Below are positions 52,773 through 60,968 of a stretch of DNA of 64,000 nt, one piece after another. Below the pieces are notes generated by a model. It made no database searches. It was not told the DNA's origin and saw only the letters and a program-made list of their open reading frames with translations. The position numbers and the translations under genes were made by a program. Each line of letters begins with the position of its first letter. The stretch's first letter is position 1. Source of the stretch: an uncultured Lachnospiraceae bacterium (GTDB lineage Bacteria; Bacillota; Clostridia; Lachnospirales; Lachnospiraceae); assembly GCA_902476265.1 (NCBI GenBank), contig CABSCP010000019.1:9934-73933 (forward strand), read 5' to 3'.

Positions 52773-53675
52773 ATGATTTCCTGGATTTGCATTGGTATCC
52801 TGATTTTTATTATTTTAATACTTATGGGCAAGCAGTTTTTTCTGCAGAAGAGTATGGATGAAATTTCTGCGGAATTTAAGGAACGCATGAATCAGGATAC
52901 CAACAATCTGATTTATCTTTCCTGTAGGGATCGTCACGCCAGGAAACTGGCCGCCCAGATCAATGTCCAGCTGCGTCTGTTGCGTAAACAGCGGCAGCAG
53001 TATCTGGAAGGGGACAGGGAACTTAAGGAGGCGGTGACCAATATTTCCCACGATCTGCGCACCCCCCTGACGGCGATCTGCGGTTATCTGGAGCTTTTGG
53101 AAGGGGAAGAAAAGACGGAAGCGGCAGCCCGTTATCTGGAACAGATCGAAAACCGTACCGAAGCGTTAAAGCAACTGACGGAAGAACTGTTCCACTATTC
53201 GGTGATCGTTTCCGTTCAGGAAGAAAACAGGGAGAGGACGGAATTGAACCGGGTGTTGGAGGAAAGTCTTGTTTCCTGCTACGGCGCCTTTGTGAGCAGA
53301 CAGATAGAGCCGAAAATTTCCATGCCGGAAGCGCCGGTTTTAGGCTGGCTGGACCCTTCCGCCCTGGGGCGAATTTTTGACAATATTTTAAACAATGCGC
53401 TCAAATACAGCGATGGCGATCTTGTGGTAACACTTTGTGAGGACGGGACGGTTTCTTTTTCCAATGCGTCTCAAAAACTCTCGCCTGTGATGGTGGAGCG
53501 TCTTTTTGACCGGTTTTATACGGTGGAGACCGGCAGAAATTCCACCGGCCTGGGGCTTTCTATCGCAAAGTTGCTCACGGAACGGATGGGCGGGGAAATC
53601 GGTGCTGCGTATCGGGACAACAGGCTGACGGTCACGCTCCGGTTTCCGCTGTATGAAGAAAAACAGAAAGGTTGA
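52773..53675 (+). CDS. Sensor histidine kinase with a minimal (intramembrane-type) N-terminus
   Basis: A single N-terminal TM with no extracytoplasmic domain. H-box NISHDLRTPLTAI, N-box NILNNALKY, G-box GLGLSI. Confidence 0.88.
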   Translation: MISWICIGILIFIILILMGKQFFLQKSMDEISAEFKERMNQDTNNLIYLSCRDRHARKLAAQINVQLRLLRKQRQQYLEGDRELKEAVTNISHDLRTPLTAICGYLELLEGEEKTEAAARYLEQIENRTEALKQLTEELFHYSVIVSVQEENRERTELNRVLEESLVSCYGAFVSRQIEPKISMPEAPVLGWLDPSALGRIFDNILNNALKYSDGDLVVTLCEDGTVSFSNASQKLSPVMVERLFDRFYTVETGRNSTGLGLSIAKLLTERMGGEIGAAYRDNRLTVTLRFPLYEEKQKG

Positions 53676-53706
53676 ATCGATTCCGGCAGAGGACCGGAAG
53701 GAACGT

Positions 53707-54585
53707 TCAAAGACGCCATGCTCTGCACAGCGCCAGAAACTCCTCCGCTGACTGGGGCAGATATTTGCTCCTGTGGCGGATCAGATAAAAGCTGCGGGAT
53801 AATTCCATGGACTGAACCGGAATTTCCACAACTTTTCCGCTCTTCAGATCCTCCTGTACCAAAAGCCAGGGAAGGATGGCGATTCCCAGGCCGTTGGCCG
53901 CGGCGCGGACCAGCGCCTGGGTGCTGATACTCTCCCAGGCGGGGGTGATATTCAGCCCATGGGAAAGGAAAAGGCTTTCTGACATTTCCCGCACGGCGCT
54001 GCCGGGTTCCCGGAGGAGCAGGTCATACTGGGCCGCTGTTTCAGGAGCCACCTTTTTTTGCCCGGCCAGAGGGTGAGAAGGCGACGCGATCAGGCACAGG
54101 CGGTCGGACAGGAAGGCTTCTTTCAGGATTTCGGGATGGGAGATGTCCCCCTCCACCAGCGCGAAGTCGATTTGGTTATTCATCAGATATTGTTCAATGG
54201 TTTCCGTGTTTTTTATAGATACGGATAGTTTAATGTCAGGATGGAGGGATTTGAACTCCTTTATAATGGAAGGAAGAAGAAAATTGCCCGTGGTGATGCT
54301 GGAACCGATCCGCAGCGCGGACGATGCTTCCCAGAGGGGGATCCCCTTCTCCATTTCTTCAAAAAGGGAAACGATGTGCAGGGCATATTCATAAAAACGA
54401 TGCCCGCTCTCCGTGGGATAAATGCGGCGGGAAATCCGGTCGAAAAGCCGGAGTCCATAATAGTTTTCCAGTTCTTTGACTGCGAGGCTGACGGATGGCT
54501 GTGCGAGATGCAGCTGCCCGGCAGCCTTTGTAATACTCAGATTTTGATACACAGAAACAAAAATTTTCATATGCCGCAAAGTCAT
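53707..54585 (-). CDS. LysR-family transcriptional regulator
   Basis: N-terminal HTH (MTLRHMKIFVSVYQNLSITKAAGQLHLAQPSVSLAVKELE) plus a LysR substrate-binding domain. Confidence 0.9.
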   Translation of the reverse strand: MTLRHMKIFVSVYQNLSITKAAGQLHLAQPSVSLAVKELENYYGLRLFDRISRRIYPTESGHRFYEYALHIVSLFEEMEKGIPLWEASSALRIGSSITTGNFLLPSIIKEFKSLHPDIKLSVSIKNTETIEQYLMNNQIDFALVEGDISHPEILKEAFLSDRLCLIASPSHPLAGQKKVAPETAAQYDLLLREPGSAVREMSESLFLSHGLNITPAWESISTQALVRAAANGLGIAILPWLLVQEDLKSGKVVEIPVQSMELSRSFYLIRHRSKYLPQSAEEFLALCRAWRL

Positions 54586-54638
54586 AGCCCTTCTCCGTTC
54601 ATAATAAAATAATTATATATTTTATAGAATAATACTAT

Positions 54639-54667
54639 TTTACTTATATTACAAGGGAAAGTATAAT
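54639..54667 (+). promoter_or_regulatory. Promoter of the chrA pair
   Basis: TTTACT (54639-54644), 17-nt spacer, TATAAT (54662-54667). Confidence 0.5.
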
Positions 54668-54670
54668 CAA

Positions 54671-54706
54671 GGCTGACAGAGGCGCGCCAGCGCGCCTCTG
54701 TCAGCC
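54671..54706. repeat. 36-nt perfect palindrome (16-bp arms, 4-nt centre) in the lysR-chrA intergenic region
   Basis: GGCTGACAGAGGCGCG-CCAG-CGCGCCTCTGTCAGCC. It starts 4 nt after the -10 hexamer. Confidence 0.9.
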
Positions 54707-54771
54707 GCTACGGCCTGATCGTCAGATCAGGGCGGTTCCATGGAAATTTTAAGAGGACGGAAGGAGAAAAA

Positions 54772-55338
54772 ATGAAGGAGAAGGGCAGAAAGATCTGGAA
54801 GATTTTTATTTCCACTTTGTATCTGAGCGCATTTACTTTTGGAGGGGGCTATGTCATTGTCACCCTCATGAAGAAGAAGTTTGTGGATGAGTACCACTGG
54901 ATCGATGAGCAGGAGATGCTGGATCTGGTGGCCATAGCACAGTCCGCACCCGGCGCTATCGCGGTAAACGGCGCCATTGTGGTGGGATATCAGCTGGCCG
55001 GGATTCCCGGGACGCTGGCAGCGATTTTGGGAACTGTTCTGCCGCCTTTTGCGATCATTGCGGTAATCTCCTTCTTTTATACGGCGTTTGAATCCAACTA
55101 CTATGTGAAAACCATTCTGGACGGGATGCAGTCCGGTGTGGCGGCTGTGATAGCGGTGGTGGTCTATGATATGGGAAGAGGGATTGTAGCCGGAAAAAGC
55201 CGGCTCTCCATAGGGATTATGATTGCCGCCTTTATAGCTGTGAGTATATTTAGTGTGAACGTGGTTTATGTAGTCATTGTCTGCGGTCTGTTGGGTGTGA
55301 TTCGTACTCTGATTCAGTCAAGGAGGAAAAAAGCATGA
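54772..55338 (+). CDS. chrA: Chromate-transporter (CHR) family protein, short-chain half 1
   Basis: FTFGGGYVIV... matches the CHR domain signature, and the size is half of a full CHR protein. Confidence 0.8.
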   Translation: MKEKGRKIWKIFISTLYLSAFTFGGGYVIVTLMKKKFVDEYHWIDEQEMLDLVAIAQSAPGAIAVNGAIVVGYQLAGIPGTLAAILGTVLPPFAIIAVISFFYTAFESNYYVKTILDGMQSGVAAVIAVVVYDMGRGIVAGKSRLSIGIMIAAFIAVSIFSVNVVYVVIVCGLLGVIRTLIQSRRKKA

Positions 55339-55910
55339 TTTATGTTCAGCTGTTTTTGAGCTTTCTACAGATCGGACTGTTCAGCTTTGGCGGAGGCTAT
55401 GCAGCCCTGCCGCTGATTCAGGGGCAGGTAGTAACACAGCATGGCTGGCTTTCCCAGACAGAGTTTACGGATCTGATCACCATATCCCAGATGACACCCG
55501 GCCCGATTGCGATCAACTCGGCAACCTTTGTGGGAATACGGCTGGCAGGATTTGGGGGAGCGCTGGCGGCTACGCTGGGCTGCATTCTTCCTTCCTGCAT
55601 TTTGGTGACAGGGCTTGCCTGGATCTATCTGCGGTACCGGAAGATGACCATGCTGCAGGGGATTCTGGACACTCTGCGTCCGGCAGTGGTGGCGATGATT
55701 GCGGCAGCGGGCGTGACCATCATGATCACCGCATTCTGGGGCAGTGCAGGGATCATTAAACTTGCCGGGACAAAGGCGGATTCCATCATCATTTTTATCG
55801 CTGCACTCTTTTTACTGAAAAAAAAGAATTGGAATCCCATCCTGGTGATGGTGCTGTGCGGTGTCGTGAAGCTGGTGGTACAGATGACCCTGCGGGGGCT
55901 GGGAACTTGA
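55335..55910 (+). CDS. chrA: Chromate-transporter (CHR) family protein, short-chain half 2
   Basis: FSFGGGYAALPLI signature. Its ATG overlaps the previous stop (ATGA). Confidence 0.8.
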   Translation: MIYVQLFLSFLQIGLFSFGGGYAALPLIQGQVVTQHGWLSQTEFTDLITISQMTPGPIAINSATFVGIRLAGFGGALAATLGCILPSCILVTGLAWIYLRYRKMTMLQGILDTLRPAVVAMIAAAGVTIMITAFWGSAGIIKLAGTKADSIIIFIAALFLLKKKNWNPILVMVLCGVVKLVVQMTLRGLGT

Positions 55911-56010
55911 TAAAACCGAATTTCATATGATGGACAAAGGCGGTGGTCTTAGTATATACTAAAAGAAAACCGCCTGTTTTTATTTCAGCGGGCAAATCAG
56001 GAGGTACGTG

Positions 56011-56529
56011 ATGCACTTTACATATTGCCCTCATTGTGGAAAGAAACTGGAGGAACGCTGTATCGGGGATGAGGGACTGGTGCCCTGGTGTGACAGCTGT
56101 CGGCTGCCGCTTTTTGACATTCCGGAGACCTGCACCATCACCCTGGCGGTGAATGAGTTCGGGGAGGCAGCGCTGCTTCGGCAGAATTATGTTTCCACGG
56201 ACACGTTTGTCTGTGTGGCCGGCCATATCAAAACAGGCGAGACAGCGGAAGAAACGGCGCTGCGGGAAGTGGAGGAAGAAATCGGGATAAAACCGGAGGA
56301 AGTCGCTTACCTGGGCAGCTACTATTATCCCAGAAAAGACATGCTTATGCTGGGATACTGGGCAAAAGTGAAAAAGGCAGATTTTTGCATATCGGGGGAA
56401 GTGGATGCTGCGGAGTGGTTTCCTTTGGAGACAGCATTAAAAAAGGTGCGGCAGGGAAGCATCGCCATGCAGCTGATTGTGGATTACATGGAGAAGGAAA
56501 GAAAACTGAAAACTGGAAAAATTGTATGA
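56011..56529 (+). CDS. NUDIX hydrolase with an N-terminal zinc ribbon (NudC-like layout)
   Basis: CPHCG...CDSC ribbon plus the Nudix box GHIKTGETAEETALREVEEEIG. ATG 56011 follows CAGGAGG. Confidence 0.8.
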   Translation: MHFTYCPHCGKKLEERCIGDEGLVPWCDSCRLPLFDIPETCTITLAVNEFGEAALLRQNYVSTDTFVCVAGHIKTGETAEETALREVEEEIGIKPEEVAYLGSYYYPRKDMLMLGYWAKVKKADFCISGEVDAAEWFPLETALKKVRQGSIAMQLIVDYMEKERKLKTGKIV

Positions 56530-56670
56530 CGGATTTTATACGGTAAGAGGAACAAAACTGGCCGGGGAACGCAGGCAGGCGGCAGAGGTGTTTTACAGAA
56601 ATGTGAAAAAGGAAGCAGAAGCAGTCAGGGATTCCGGTTTGGCCTTATTAAAAAGAATGGAGGAAACAGG

Positions 56671-57288
56671 ATGAAGTATCAGGTGAAAAGAATCAAATCA
56701 AAAGAGGAGATCAGCCGGTGTGATTTATTTGAAATTACCAATTACATGTGGAACAGCACGCGGTCGCCGAAAGCCTATGGCCGCATGGGCTATCTGGAAG
56801 GACAGGGCTTTTATGTGGAAATGATCTGTGAGGAGAAGGACCCGAAGCGGACATTTTTAAATTATAAGGACGCCGTCTACCGGGACAGCGCCATGGAAGC
56901 GTTTCTGGCATTTCCCGGGAAAGGGGAAGCGCTCACAAATGATGTGATGTATTTAAATTTTGAAGCCAATGCCAATGGCGCGCTGTATGCGGCGTACGGA
57001 AAGGGAAGAAAAGGAAGGCAGTTCATGCCGGAAGAATATCTGGATGTCTGTGGATGCAAAGCGGTTATAGAATCAGATCGGTGGAAACTTTCCTTCCTGA
57101 TCCCGGAGAAATATCTGCATGAGGTCTGCGGCGTTGGGGAACTGGACAGAGATCTGGAGTTTTACTGTAACTTTTATAAGATCTCTGAAAGCAGTGAGAT
57201 TGAGCATTATGGGAGTTTTTCCAGAATAGAAAGCGAAACGCCCAATTTCCATCTTCCGGTCTGTTTTGCAAGGGCCGAAATCGTGTGA
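56671..57288 (+). CDS. Hypothetical protein, possibly carbohydrate-binding family 9-like
   Basis: 205-aa soluble protein. The family assignment comes only from my recollection of similarly annotated Clostridia proteins, not from a diagnostic motif. Confidence 0.45.
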   Translation: MKYQVKRIKSKEEISRCDLFEITNYMWNSTRSPKAYGRMGYLEGQGFYVEMICEEKDPKRTFLNYKDAVYRDSAMEAFLAFPGKGEALTNDVMYLNFEANANGALYAAYGKGRKGRQFMPEEYLDVCGCKAVIESDRWKLSFLIPEKYLHEVCGVGELDRDLEFYCNFYKISESSEIEHYGSFSRIESETPNFHLPVCFARAEIV

Positions 57289-57302
57289 GAAAACAGAGGA
57301 AA

Positions 57303-57340
57303 GACTGCAGTTCATTATATAAAAATGGACTGCAGTTTTT
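57303..57340 (+). terminator. Terminator after 56671-57288
   Basis: Two copies of the self-complementary ACTGCAGT (57304-57311 and 57329-57336) can pair. TTTT follows. Confidence 0.5.
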
Positions 57341-57364
57341 AGCTGAAGGAAATGATTTAGCGGG

Positions 57365-57392
57365 TTGACATTTAAAACAGGTATGGTAGAAT
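57365..57392 (+). promoter_or_regulatory. Strong promoter upstream of the Rpn-like gene
   Basis: TTGACA (57365-57370), 16-nt spacer ending in TGG, then TAGAAT (57387-57392), giving an extended -10 context. A leader of about 225 nt follows. Confidence 0.55.
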
Positions 57393-57620
57393 GAATTTAC
57401 ATCAAAATCCAGACATTAAATTCTTAAAATTCCATTGTCTGAGTAAGCGTTTCCCGCGTTGAAACGCGTCCGAATTTTCCAGGGGCGGATCCGGCCCGAA
57501 ATTTCAGATTTGGTGAATTGTATCAGCAGAGCGTTTCAACTCAGGCAGCAGGAGGGGGCTCAGGGACTTCTTTTATGACGGAAATCTGCAGGCTTATTGG
57601 ACGGCTCTGGAAAGGAGTTT

Positions 57621-58532
57621 ATGGCGGAAAACAGCCATGTGGTTTATCAAAACAAAGATGTTGTCTCAAAGTATCTGGCAGAGTGCTTTGCGGACAAATC
57701 ATTTGCGGTGTATGGGGTAAAAGCCCCGAAGATCAAGGCGGTTTTGCCTACAAACCTGCCGGTGGTGGAGGCAAATGAACTGCGGATTGATAATTTGTTT
57801 TTGCTGAAGGATGGTTCTTTGGCACTGGTGGATTATGAAAGTGAATATGCGGATGAGAATAAGATAAAATATCTTAATTATATCATCCGTACCATTAAAA
57901 GAAACATGAAGCAGATGGACATGTTTCGTAAAATCCGAATGATTGTTATCTATACGGCAGATATTATGCCGGGACAAACGAGAAGCAGGCTGGATGTAGG
58001 GTGTCTGCAATTTCAGCTTGAGGAAGCTTTCCTCAATACGATTGATTCTGAGAAAGTGGAGGAAAGAATTCGGATGAAGCTGAAAAAGAGAAGAAAGCTC
58101 ACCTCGAAAGAACAGATGGAATTTATCATTTTGCCGCTGACATATCAGGGGAAGGAGGCAAAGCAGGCATGTATCCAAAGGTGCTTTGCACTTGCAAAAG
58201 AGGTGAGGAATGAGAGAGAGCAGTTTTTTCTGCTGTCGGGGCTGCTGGCTTTTACAGATAAGGTGATTGACACAGAAGATGCAAAGAGAATGGAGGAGTG
58301 GATGAAAATGACAAAAGTGGCACAGTTATTTGAGGAAGAGAAGATTGCATATGGAGAAGAAAAAGCGAGAGAAACAGCGGAAGTAACAGCGAAAGTAACA
58401 GCCAGGGAAATTGCCGGAAATATGCTGTGCCAAGGAGAGTCGGTGGAACGGGTAGTCAGCATCGTGACAATCCTGAGCAAAGAGGAAGTGGAAGAACTGG
58501 CTGGAGAGGTGCTAAGAAAACAGGAAACCTGA
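57621..58532 (+). CDS. Rpn-family recombination-promoting nuclease / putative transposase (PD-(D/E)XK, YhgA-like)
   Basis: 303 aa. The N-terminal region (VYQNKDVVSKYL...LRIDNLFLLKDGSLALVDYESEY...IIYTADI) resembles Rpn/YhgA-like proteins. ATG 57621 follows AAAGGAG. Confidence 0.7.
   Translation: MAENSHVVYQNKDVVSKYLAECFADKSFAVYGVKAPKIKAVLPTNLPVVEANELRIDNLFLLKDGSLALVDYESEYADENKIKYLNYIIRTIKRNMKQMDMFRKIRMIVIYTADIMPGQTRSRLDVGCLQFQLEEAFLNTIDSEKVEERIRMKLKKRRKLTSKEQMEFIILPLTYQGKEAKQACIQRCFALAKEVRNEREQFFLLSGLLAFTDKVIDTEDAKRMEEWMKMTKVAQLFEEEKIAYGEEKARETAEVTAKVTAREIAGNMLCQGESVERVVSIVTILSKEEVEELAGEVLRKQET
58302..58532 (+). CDS. Possible internally initiated C-terminal product of the Rpn-like gene (RpnS-like)
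   Basis: GGAGGAG at 58292-58298 is followed by in-frame ATGs at 58302 and 58308. This is purely a sequence-signal inference. Confidence 0.25.
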   Translation: MKMTKVAQLFEEEKIAYGEEKARETAEVTAKVTAREIAGNMLCQGESVERVVSIVTILSKEEVEELAGEVLRKQET

Positions 58533-58578
58533 TCCGGCAGTCCTGCCCGATCAGGCCGCCTGTATTTAGGCAGAGAGA

Positions 58579-58626
58579 AAGAATGCGTGTAAATATTATA
58601 GTTTCGTTTTTGCACGCATTCTTTTG
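58579..58626. terminator. Bidirectional terminator between the convergent Rpn-like and metallophosphoesterase genes
   Basis: 11-bp stem AAGAATGCGTG / CACGCATTCTT, with an A-rich flank on the left and a T-rich flank on the right. Confidence 0.7.
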
Positions 58627-58634
58627 TTCGAAAG

Positions 58635-59531
58635 CTATTGCAGGACATAGCCTGACAGATCTTCAGGGCCGTCAAGCACTTGTCTGGCAATATATAAATG
58701 GCGGTCTTCCGAAGCCGCAATATTCCATTTTATCAGAGAGACAGCGTTATTTTCGATCTCAAGACAGGTGATACACTGGGGATGGACACAGCTTCCGTCA
58801 TTGAAATAGGGGCATTCACCCGGGTGTGGGAATATGGGACGGTGCGTATGGCCTGCGATCAGGATTTCATTGGAACGACAGGCATAGGAACAAAGCTCCT
58901 TTTCGATTTTTTCCACCAGCTTTTGAGAGCGGCCGGCGCCGGTAGGAGCCCGAAAGCCAATAAGCTCCAAGGGACGCCATACAAAACGGACTAAAAATCT
59001 GCCAAGCTGCCAAAGATCATCGTTAATCAGGCTGCCCTGATGGCCGTGGACAAGAAACAGCCGCTGGCCGTTTTTTGTATTTTGCAGAATGACGCTTTCG
59101 TAGCAGGGGATTTTATAAAGAAAGGATTCCTCTTTTCCGACAGAATCGCAGTAATAATTCCGGCATTCCGGTTGCATAAAATTGGTACGGCGCTTTACGA
59201 TGTCATGGTTTCCGTAAAGCATGAAAAGACGCCCTTCTTTATAGAAGCAATTCATCAGCCGGAATACCTGGCTGTGTGTGCGTAAAATGGTGTTCATGGA
59301 ACGGTTTTCCCAAAGCTCATCCCCATCTCCCAGTTCAATATAGGAAAATCCGTTTTTATAATAGTATTCCAGAGCGCCATAAAAGACGTTTTCATTCGGA
59401 AGAAAATTATCACCTCCGTTTCCCTGACCGCGATGGCAGTCGCTCATGATGACAAACTTTGAACTGCTGCAAAAGGGAATGACCTTTGCACGGTCATATA
59501 CCTGGCTCAGTTTTTTTTCGACATGAGACAT
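58635..59531 (-). CDS. Calcineurin-like metallophosphoesterase
   Basis: Motifs in order: SDCHRG, GDGDELWEN, GNHD, HGHQG, GHTHRP. Confidence 0.85.
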   Translation of the reverse strand: MSHVEKKLSQVYDRAKVIPFCSSSKFVIMSDCHRGQGNGGDNFLPNENVFYGALEYYYKNGFSYIELGDGDELWENRSMNTILRTHSQVFRLMNCFYKEGRLFMLYGNHDIVKRRTNFMQPECRNYYCDSVGKEESFLYKIPCYESVILQNTKNGQRLFLVHGHQGSLINDDLWQLGRFLVRFVWRPLELIGFRAPTGAGRSQKLVEKIEKELCSYACRSNEILIAGHTHRPIFPHPGECPYFNDGSCVHPQCITCLEIENNAVSLIKWNIAASEDRHLYIARQVLDGPEDLSGYVLQ

Positions 59532-59537
59532 CGTGTC

Positions 59538-60818
59538 TTACCTCCTGTCGCAGCCTTCTGAATCGCCGCGAGAGGAGAAAGAATAATCTCTGCCGCCGTT
59601 ATCCTCACAATTACAGTCATAGCGGCAGGGGGATGAGTTATAACATCTGCCGGGATCGGGATAGTCATCCTGATCGTTGAAAGGATTTGAAAAATAGCGC
59701 TCAGACTGACAAGACGGACACGGTTCTGTCGGGCACGGTCCGGGAGGACAGGGCGAGCAGGGATTTGTCGGGCACGGTCCGGGAGGACAAGGCAGGCAAG
59801 GTTCAGGCGGGCAGACCGGACATGGCCTGGGAGGACAGGGAGGAATGGGCCTGGGCGGGCACAAAGGAGGAGCAGGATCCGGCCTGTGATCCGGGTGGAT
59901 CAGATCAAGAAGCCAGGAAAAAGCCTCATAGAATCCCCGCGCGTAAAGAGAATGCATGCAGAATTCATAAAGTTCCGGCGCCATACTTTTCAGAAACTCC
60001 AGCTTATCAAGTGTATTGCTGTATTTGTGTGTGACCTGATCATAAAGGCGGCAGTTATTCCGGTTCGTTTTCTGTACCACAGCCTCCGGAAGGGAATCCC
60101 GGGTGATGGGCTGCTCGGTATGGGGAACCGTGTAATGGATGGTGACAGTATTTTTGCGGACGGAAAACTCATGAGGAAGATATCCGATATCCGTGAGGGC
60201 ATCGGTAAATGCCTGGAGCATATAGCCGTCCGGAAAACGGATCTGTGCATCCATGGTGAGGGAGTCAGGGGAAGAATATTCTCCCAGCTTAAATCCGGTC
60301 AGCCACCAGGTAACGGATTTACATTTGAAAAGGACTTTTCCGTTCTTACGAAGAACGAAGCGCATGGGCAGCATTTCAGCGTCTGAGACACTTTCATAAA
60401 ACGTTCCTTTAAATCCGTCGGTGTTAATGTCCGGACGATCTGTGTTGTAGATCCCGATTTCGCCTCCTGTTGTAATGCCGTATTGTCCTTTCCATAATTC
60501 AATCAGCCATCGCTTGTTTGCATAGGAAAAAGTGACCGGTTCACAGTGCATCACCATATTGAACGCCGAGGCACCTTCATCATACAAACGGCAGTATCCC
60601 ATTTCACGCTGCCAGCAGTCCTTTGTGGAGTAAAAAATATCCCGGTGCCTGTCATAGGCAAACCCGGCATTTACCAGATCTTGATTCAATTCTTCCTGCT
60701 GTCTGTCCTTATCCTTTGTAGGTTTGAAACGGCGCGCGCGGATTTTCCATACGATCAGAAAAACCACGATGCCCAGTAAGAGCACGCCGGCTATACATAA
60801 AAGAACAGTCGGTAACAT
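59538..60818 (-). CDS. Membrane-anchored protein of unknown function (DUF4474-like core by recollection) with a Pro/Cys-rich C-terminal tail
   Basis: N-terminal TM (LLCIAGVLLLGIVVFLIVW), a globular core of about 280 aa, then a 118-aa tail containing 17 Cys. Its stop lies 6 nt before the metallophosphoesterase ATG. Confidence 0.7.
   Translation of the reverse strand: MLPTVLLCIAGVLLLGIVVFLIVWKIRARRFKPTKDKDRQQEELNQDLVNAGFAYDRHRDIFYSTKDCWQREMGYCRLYDEGASAFNMVMHCEPVTFSYANKRWLIELWKGQYGITTGGEIGIYNTDRPDINTDGFKGTFYESVSDAEMLPMRFVLRKNGKVLFKCKSVTWWLTGFKLGEYSSPDSLTMDAQIRFPDGYMLQAFTDALTDIGYLPHEFSVRKNTVTIHYTVPHTEQPITRDSLPEAVVQKTNRNNCRLYDQVTHKYSNTLDKLEFLKSMAPELYEFCMHSLYARGFYEAFSWLLDLIHPDHRPDPAPPLCPPRPIPPCPPRPCPVCPPEPCLPCPPGPCPTNPCSPCPPGPCPTEPCPSCQSERYFSNPFNDQDDYPDPGRCYNSSPCRYDCNCEDNGGRDYSFSSRGDSEGCDRR
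59727..59804 (-). repeat. Two tandem 39-nt units encoding the 13-aa CPPGPCPT(N/E)PC repeat
   Basis: Units at 59727-59765 and 59766-59804. The first 24 nt are identical, and 33 of 39 nt match overall. Confidence 0.85.
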
Positions 60819-60968
60819 ATTGCGTTTGCTCCTTTCTGCTTGGAATCTGTTCTATAATATAAAATATGCGGGCAGCAACGAAAATCGCCATTTTTCGACA
60901 AATCGGACAATAAAATTTCGGAATTGGATGCGGCTTGTAATTTTTACTTGTCAGAAAGATAAAAAGGA

